From: a virus
Direction: 5' to 3' (one strand)
Virus record (IMG/VR): IMGVR_UViG_3300045988_140278
DNA: 38,080 nucleotides
Below the pieces are notes generated by a model. It made no database searches. It was not told where the DNA came from and saw nothing but the letters and a program-made list of their open reading frames with translations. The position numbers were made by a program, and so were the translations under genes. Shown one piece after another: positions 33,495 to 38,080 of the stretch (its first letter is position 1; the number at the start of each line of letters is the position of its first letter).

Positions 33495-34771
33495 TATGAG
33501 GCTTCCTCAATGACCTCGGCTTCGATGATGTCGGCGTCGTCGTGGAGGTCGGGTATGGCCTGACCGAGGAGTTTGGCGAGGCTGGCTTCGTCTCTGTGGG
33601 TGTAGTGGTTGGTCATCGTGATGCTGGTGTGGCCCATGATGGCGGTGCGTGCGTCGTCGGGCATGTTGGCGCGGGCCGTCATGCTGGCGGTCCAGTGGCG
33701 TGCGCTGTGGATGGTGACCGGTGGAAGGCCCGCGGCCTTCAGAGCCTTGTTCCAGTTGTAGCGTTCGGTGCTGCTGCGTATCGGGTTGCCGCGCGAGTTG
33801 GTGAATATGAGCTGGCGCGGGCCGATGCCGAGTCGTTTGACGCGCGCCCACAATCGCTGCCACAGGCTCGTGGATATGGGCACGAACCGGTGCGCGGCGC
33901 GGGTCTTGGGCGTGGTGAGCCACAGGATGCCGTACAGGTGCTCGGCTTTGAGCCAGGCGGGTATGACGGCTTGTTCCGGCCTGCCGTATTGCTGGATCTG
34001 CTGCTGTACGTTGATGCCGGGCACGCCGTCGCGTTGTTCGAGCTCGTAGGGCATGAGCGCGTAGCGTTCGCCTTCCCTCATGCCGGCCGCGAACGCGAGT
34101 TCGAACAGCAGCATCCAGGATTCATCGACGTCCACGGTCAGGGCCGGTCCGCGTCGTTTCGCTCCCCGGTTGGGCACGGCCTCGATCAGCTGCTTCGGCT
34201 GGTCTGGCGAGAGGATCCTGGTCTCGGTGGGCTCCACCCTTGGCGGCTTGACCCTGCGGCACGGATCCACGGGGATGAGCTCCTCGAGCTCGGCCTGGTC
34301 GAGCATCATCTTCAGGCTCACGAAATGGTCCTTGAGCGTGGAGGGCGCGAGCCGTTTGGAAAGCACGCGCATGCATTGGCGGATATGGTCAGGGGTCAGC
34401 TCGGTGAGGCGGATACAGCCGATGACCTCCATGCACGCATGGATCCTGCCGGCGCGGGTGCGGTACGTGGTGGGCTTGACGTTGAGCCGGTATTCCTCCA
34501 GCCACCGCTCCGCGTAATCCTTCAGGTACGGGCTCTTGGCGCCGGGCAGCAGGCCGGTGCGTTCCATCTCGGCGACCTTCGCGTCGAACCGTTCGCGGGC
34601 ATCGGCCTTCGTCCGGCCGGTCGCCGCTATGAACCGCCGCTTGCCGGTCGCGGGGTCCCGGCTGATCTCGCGGCGGAACTCCCATCGTCCATCCGCGCGG
34701 TGGATGATGCTGCCCGCGCCCTTCGTGCGCCGCGACCGTCCGCCCGTCTTCCGTGAGGTCTTCGCCGTCAT
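33494..34771 (-). CDS. int: Tyrosine integrase, 425 aa
   Basis: Arm-binding-type N-terminus (GSIIHRADGRWEFRREI...), SAM-like core, and a catalytic region ...MREGERYAL...IHSARHWTAS...MGHTSITMTNHYTH. ATG at 34771 with AGGAGA upstream. Confidence 0.9.
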   Translation of the reverse strand: MTAKTSRKTGGRSRRTKGAGSIIHRADGRWEFRREISRDPATGKRRFIAATGRTKADARERFDAKVAEMERTGLLPGAKSPYLKDYAERWLEEYRLNVKPTTYRTRAGRIHACMEVIGCIRLTELTPDHIRQCMRVLSKRLAPSTLKDHFVSLKMMLDQAELEELIPVDPCRRVKPPRVEPTETRILSPDQPKQLIEAVPNRGAKRRGPALTVDVDESWMLLFELAFAAGMREGERYALMPYELEQRDGVPGINVQQQIQQYGRPEQAVIPAWLKAEHLYGILWLTTPKTRAAHRFVPISTSLWQRLWARVKRLGIGPRQLIFTNSRGNPIRSSTERYNWNKALKAAGLPPVTIHSARHWTASMTARANMPDDARTAIMGHTSITMTNHYTHRDEASLAKLLGQAIPDLHDDADIIEAEVIEEAS

Positions 34772-34859
34772 GGTGTTCTCCTTGTGTCCGAGAGCACTCA
34801 ATGAGCGTCCACGCACATGGCGAGAACCGTTGCGGCGAGTGTCCTCCGGTGTTTCCGAA

Positions 34860-35115
34860 GTGCACTCTATTTACACTCTATCGCCGCGTAAAACGGCGGA
34901 ATACGTGCGTAAAACGGCGGTTTTCCGTAAATCGAAAAACGGCGTGATTCCAACGTTCCGACACTCCGGACCCCTTGGAATCACGCCGTTTTGCAGGGTC
35001 TAAAGACCCTACTTGGAAACATTGAACCTGAATGTGTTCGTATTTTTCGTTTCCCTGTGTTTTCAAGGGTTTCAGCGTCTCGCCTTTTGTGCGTACACAC
35101 TATTGACACTCTATT
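34860..35115. other. Putative attP (un-recombined): arm-type repeats flanking an 18-bp inverted repeat
   Basis: (A/G)CAC(T/A)CTAT occurs at 34862, 34873, 35095 and 35106, as pairs 11 bp apart. GTAAAACGGCGG occurs at 34888 and 34909. The perfect 18-bp inverted repeat AAAACGGCGTGATTCCAA (34936-34953) pairs with 34975-34992. Non-coding and lower GC. Lies between int and the lysis cassette. Confidence 0.55.
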
Positions 35116-35145
35116 TTCTTGTGTTGATTCAATTGTATACAAGAA

Positions 35146-35209
35146 AACGCCCCGCCCGGCAAGCAGAGCGGCTCATGTAGAGCCGTCTGCGATGCCTGAG
35201 CGGGGCGTT
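35146..35209 (-). terminator. Structured terminator after the lysis cassette
   Basis: AACGCCCCGC (35146-35155) pairs with GCGGGGCGTT (35200-35209) around a nested hairpin. On the minus strand it is followed by TTTTCTTGT. Confidence 0.5.
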
Positions 35210-35215
35210 CGGTTT

Positions 35216-35317
35216 TCAGGGCATGCCTTGGTCGTCGGCGAGCGCCGCATACAGTTCGAGTGCGAGTACGGCTGCGATCAGGCCCGCGCATTCGACGAGC
35301 CATTGGATGCGGTTCAT
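35216..35317 (-). CDS. 33-aa hydrophobic peptide coupled to the endolysin gene
   Basis: ATG at 35317 overlaps the lysin stop (ATGA). MNRIQWLVECAGLIAAVLALELYAALADDQGMP. Confidence 0.4.
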   Translation of the reverse strand: MNRIQWLVECAGLIAAVLALELYAALADDQGMP

Positions 35318-36027
35318 ACGCCGAGCTGTTCCATGGTCTTGCGCACGAGCGCGTCGATCTGGTCGAAGCGGCTCCACCATGGGGCGCCGTTGTTGCCGTG
35401 GATCAATGGCACGCCTGCCTGCTGGAGCAGGTTGGCCTGGTCGGGGTGTGTGAGCGCGGTGCGCCCCTTGCCGGGCTCGCAGTACCAGATGACTCCCGTG
35501 GAGTCGTTGCGGATCATCATTGCCGCCATGATATCTACCTCCTGTGTTCCGGTGTTGCCGGATAGCTTCTGTTGGACGAGTTGGACGAAGGCTCCCCAGT
35601 TGTAGCCGAAGCGCGTGAAGTACGGGATGGGGTCCGTATGGTCGGATCCGCCGTAGGTCTGGCTGAACCATTGGTGCGGGTGCATGCGGTCGACGCCCCA
35701 CCAGTGCGCGCGGAGGCGCTGGGCTATCACGTCGGCTGCGATGTCGATGCCGCGCCAGAAGTCCGACGCGTTGGTGGCCTCGCAGATCTCGATGCCCTCG
35801 CACGTGCCGTTGCCGTTGCCGACCTGCCAGCACAGCCGGTCGTAGGGCACGCAATGAATCGCCTCGGTCCAGTCGGACGTGAGGTGCACCGCGTAGTCGT
35901 AGCCTCGCGACCACAGGTCCCGGTGGTTGCGGGCCGTGGCGCCGGGATTCGCCGTGCTGTGGACGGCGAACAGGGACGGATTGAGGTAGCCGTGCCCTGC
36001 GTTGACGATCTCCTCCTTGATCTGCAC
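35314..36027 (-). CDS. Endolysin, N-acetylmuramoyl-L-alanine amidase (Amidase_2/PGRP-like) with C-terminal binding domain, 237 aa
   Basis: ...AVHSTANPGATARNHRDLW...AVHLTSDW...CWQVGNGNGTCEGIEICE... GTG start at 36027. Follows the holin. Confidence 0.85.
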   Translation of the reverse strand: MQIKEEIVNAGHGYLNPSLFAVHSTANPGATARNHRDLWSRGYDYAVHLTSDWTEAIHCVPYDRLCWQVGNGNGTCEGIEICEATNASDFWRGIDIAADVIAQRLRAHWWGVDRMHPHQWFSQTYGGSDHTDPIPYFTRFGYNWGAFVQLVQQKLSGNTGTQEVDIMAAMMIRNDSTGVIWYCEPGKGRTALTHPDQANLLQQAGVPLIHGNNGAPWWSRFDQIDALVRKTMEQLGV

Positions 36028-36033
36028 TATTAG

Positions 36034-36423
36034 TCACTCCGTGGTGGTCTTGGCGTCCGGGTCGGAGATCATCTCGCTCATGGGCACGACCTCGCCCGGC
36101 ATATCCACCGCATTGCCAGTGGACTGGGCGAGCTTGACGGCGTTGACGACCTGCTGGCCCTGCACGGCCGCGGAGGTCACGTTGTTGTTGCGCCACCACG
36201 CGTACACGGATGCGATGACGGCGATGACGCCGGTGATCGCCGTGCTCACCTGGTCCGAGGTGAACGGCAGCTGGCTGATGCCAGCGATGGACAGGCCGGT
36301 CTGGACGACGCTGAACAGCTGGACGAGCAGCAGCACGATGGATTTCGTGCGCTCCACGGTCAGACCTGGAATCGTGGTGGTGTTGGCGGCCTTGTGGTCG
36401 GCCACGCCTTTGGTGTTTGCCAT
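36034..36423 (-). CDS. Holin, 129 aa
   Basis: Two TM segments (SIVLLLVQLFSVVQTGLSIAGI and AITGVIAVIASVYAWW) and a charged C-terminus. Immediately upstream of the amidase. Confidence 0.8.
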   Translation of the reverse strand: MANTKGVADHKAANTTTIPGLTVERTKSIVLLLVQLFSVVQTGLSIAGISQLPFTSDQVSTAITGVIAVIASVYAWWRNNNVTSAAVQGQQVVNAVKLAQSTGNAVDMPGEVVPMSEMISDPDAKTTTE

Positions 36424-36435
36424 TGGTGTTCCTTT

Positions 36436-36792
36436 CTATTGGTGGTGGTTTCCTCCGCGCCGGAGGTCGTTGACCTCGTGGCGCAGTTCGATGAGGTTCT
36501 GCTCGGTAGTGGTGATGCGACGATTGACGGTCGCGAACTCGCCGTTCATGTCGTCACGCAGACCGTCGACCGCGCCGCGCAATGATTCGATGGCGTCCAA
36601 TGTGCGCAGGGCCTTGTCGTCGAGGTCGTCGCGCAACGGCATCTCATGGTTGTTCGTTATCTCGCCGCGCGTCGCCCGATCCCTCTCGTCCCCTCTGTGG
36701 TTGATCCAGATGGCGGTGACGATCTGGGCGGCGAGCACCAGGGCGCTCACCACGATGTACGCCCATGCGGGCAATCCCTCGGGCAGGTTCAT
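36436..36792 (-). CDS. N-terminal TM plus coiled-coil protein, 118 aa (lysis-cassette associated)
   Basis: ATG with AGGAG 6 nt upstream. AWAYIVVSALVLAAQIVTAIWI TM segment. Confidence 0.7.
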   Translation of the reverse strand: MNLPEGLPAWAYIVVSALVLAAQIVTAIWINHRGDERDRATRGEITNNHEMPLRDDLDDKALRTLDAIESLRGAVDGLRDDMNGEFATVNRRITTTEQNLIELRHEVNDLRRGGNHHQ

Positions 36793-36812
36793 GCACGGCT
36801 CCTACGGTATGG

Positions 36813-36862
36813 AAAACCCACACGCAGATCCGCATGGAACGGCCATGCTGCGTGTGGGTTTT
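36813..36862. terminator. 15-bp perfect-stem hairpin with T-tracts on both strands, between the lysis cassette and the recombinase gene
   Basis: AAAACCCACACGCAG (36813-36827) pairs with CTGCGTGTGGGTTTT (36848-36862) around a 20-nt loop. Confidence 0.55.
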
Positions 36863-36873
36863 GGAGGTATGAA

Positions 36874-37737
36874 ATGTTGCTGAATGAGTATTGGGACGAG
36901 TCGTATTGGCCGTCATGTGGCAGGCTGCGCGAATGCACGCGCGTCGGATATGCGAGTGCATGGCGACGTCACATACGACCCGAATTGGGTGACATGGACC
37001 TGGCTGACCTGACAGGGCCGCGTATCCAATCGTGGCTGGACTCGATCACGTCGGCCGGAGCGGCGCGTAAGGCGTGGGCCGTATTGCGGCAGATGCTGCG
37101 TTCGGCGGTGCGGCTCGGATTACTGGATGCGGACGTGACCGGCAGGGTCACGCCACCGAAACCGAGCGGTTATGAACCGGAGGTTTTGGATATCCGCCAG
37201 ATACGCCAGTTGCTGCAGGGTTTCCACGGGCATGAGCTCGAGGCATGGCTGATCTGCAGCGTATGCCTCGGATTGCGCACCGAAGAAGCCCTCGGATTGG
37301 AATGGCAGGATCTGAACCTCAACACCGGCAAGGTCAGGGTCCAGCGCGGCCTGCAATGGGTGGACGGGCACGAGGTAATCGTAGATCCAAAAACCGAGTT
37401 GAGCCGTCGCACCATCGTGCTGCCGCGATTCGCGGTACTTCGACTCCGTGAAATCAGGCCACGAGACGGTGGCCGACTCATCGGCTCGTTGAATCCCGGC
37501 CAGGTCGCTCGTCGCTACGCCACATGGTGCAGATCGCAGAACCTGCCGTATGTGCCGAGACGGAACCTGCGCCATAGCTGGGCGTCCACCGCGTTAGGCG
37601 CCGGCGTAGATGTGGCGGTGGTCAGTCGAGCACTCGGCCACTCCAGCATCGCTACAACAGCCCGCTACTACCTGCGCCCAGACAGTGAAGTACTCCGCGA
37701 AGCGCAACGCACATGGGAGCACGCCCTCATACGTTGA
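36874..37737 (+). CDS. Small tyrosine recombinase (shufflon invertase, Rin/Rci-like role), 287 aa
   Basis: GGAGG 6 nt upstream of the ATG at 36874. No arm-binding N-domain. ...CLGLRTEEALGL..., NLRHSWASTAL, LGHSSIATTARYY (R...H-x-x-R...Y). Its stop lies 2 nt before a crossover site. The ORF-track start at 36646 is an upstream extension. Confidence 0.85.
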   Translation: MLLNEYWDESYWPSCGRLRECTRVGYASAWRRHIRPELGDMDLADLTGPRIQSWLDSITSAGAARKAWAVLRQMLRSAVRLGLLDADVTGRVTPPKPSGYEPEVLDIRQIRQLLQGFHGHELEAWLICSVCLGLRTEEALGLEWQDLNLNTGKVRVQRGLQWVDGHEVIVDPKTELSRRTIVLPRFAVLRLREIRPRDGGRLIGSLNPGQVARRYATWCRSQNLPYVPRRNLRHSWASTALGAGVDVAVVSRALGHSSIATTARYYLRPDSEVLREAQRTWEHALIR

Positions 37738-37739
37738 TA

Positions 37740-37754
37740 GGGATTCGCTAACCC
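37740..37754 (+). other. Shufflon crossover site, copy 2
   Basis: GGGATTCGCTAACCC. With its 4 preceding nt, GATAGGGATTCGCTAACCC is shared with copy 3. Confidence 0.8.
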
Positions 37755-38026
37755 CGCTGCATCTCTACACTGGCAGTGGCGTCTATAAGGATGCCGGTAG
37801 CGGCGGCTACGCGACCCTGTGGACGTTCGGCCAGTTCAAAACCCAGTTCGGCCGCGACTGGAACAATGACGTGGTCGTTGCCGCCATCAACGGTGACTGG
37901 GACGCGAACGGCCGTCAGGTCACCTCTGTGCGTGTCAGCCCGTCCGGAAACCGCATCGATGTCATGTTCGACGGTAAAAACACGGCACCTATCCGCGTCA
38001 ACTGGGCCGTCATGTGGCGCGGATAG
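37741..38026 (+). other. Promoterless alternative C-terminal cassette for the receptor-binding protein (DSLT + 90 aa)
   Basis: It is in phase with the site, as in the expressed gene: DSLTPLHLYTGSGVYKDAGSGGYATLWTFGQFKTQFGRDWNNDVVVAAINGDWDANGRQVTSVRVSPSGNRIDVMFDGKNTAPIRVNWAVMWRG, stop at 38024-38026. No RBS or start at the site. The upstream part of ORF-track entry 37610-38026 overlaps the recombinase gene out of frame. Confidence 0.75.
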
Positions 38027-38080
38027 GGATTCGCTAACCCAATCGTCTGTATCGTTTACTGGCCCCTACGCGATGAATGT
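38026..38080 (+). repeat. Crossover site copy 3 (38026-38040) plus the first 40 nt of a further cassette; right copy of the 55-bp terminal inverted repeat
   Basis: Exact reverse complement of 1-55. Reads DSLTQSSVSFTGPYAMN in the cassette phase. Confidence 0.95.

Noticed and set aside
34930-35015. tRNA or tRNA fragment in the attP spacer
   Set aside because: The hairpins present (an 18-bp stem with a 21-nt loop, and a 6-7-bp stem with a short loop) do not fold into a cloverleaf. No T-loop GTTCGAATC-type motif was seen. The attP core cannot be identified without the host attB.
37610-38026. 138-aa plus-strand ORF as an independent gene
   Set aside because: Its first 43 codons overlap the recombinase gene out of frame and there is no RBS. 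The meaningful part starts exactly at the crossover site and is in phase with the tail gene, so it is interpreted as a promoterless cassette.

Overview
This 38,080-nt window reads as an essentially complete genome of a temperate siphovirus from a high-GC Gram-positive host. Composition, AGGAG-type RBSs, gene content and the tail-fibre shufflon resemble Bifidobacterium temperate phages, but taxonomy cannot be confirmed without a database search. There are about 65 genes, nearly all on the minus strand, and many are joined by ATGA/TGATG stop-start overlaps. Order on the minus strand, right to left: membrane protein, holin, amidase endolysin and a 33-aa peptide (36792-35216); a ~440-bp repeat-rich non-coding attP-like spacer; a tyrosine integrase (34771-33494); a low-GC accessory island holding a plus-strand small-peptide/HTH operon with a near-consensus promoter (32797-33440) and a membrane-anchored DEDDh exonuclease (32711-30855); an IS30-family element (~29629-30830); a CI-like repressor (plus, 29164-29523) and a Cro-like gene (29042-28818) around a divergent-promoter switch; an early operon (Xis-like HTH, SSB, RusA, ParB-like protein, replication initiator with embedded ori-like iterons, Orn-like exonuclease, small membrane proteins); an intrinsic terminator; an HNH endonuclease; a ParB-domain DNA methyltransferase whose frame is broken at a G10 tract; TerS, TerL, portal, prohead protease, HK97-type capsid, four connector proteins, major tail protein, G/G-T chaperones with a GGGAAAA slippery site, a 1199-aa tape measure, Dit, Tal, a multi-gene fibre module, and a receptor-binding protein gene that runs off the left edge. 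The main finding is that the window is cut open inside a tyrosine-recombinase shufflon. A 15-bp site (GGGATTCGCTAACCC) lies in frame in the receptor-binding gene (41-55, inverted). It recurs twice on the plus strand at the far right end (37740-37754 and 38026-38040), each time in front of a promoterless, in-phase C-terminal cassette and just downstream of a small tyrosine recombinase (36874-37737). The first and last 55 nt of the window are perfect reverse complements. Integrase and lysis genes are adjacent, so attP is un-recombined: this is a circularly permuted, excised or virion-type genome rather than an integrated prophage. No rRNA, tRNA or CRISPR array was found. All functional calls rest on motif recognition and synteny only; no searches were run.
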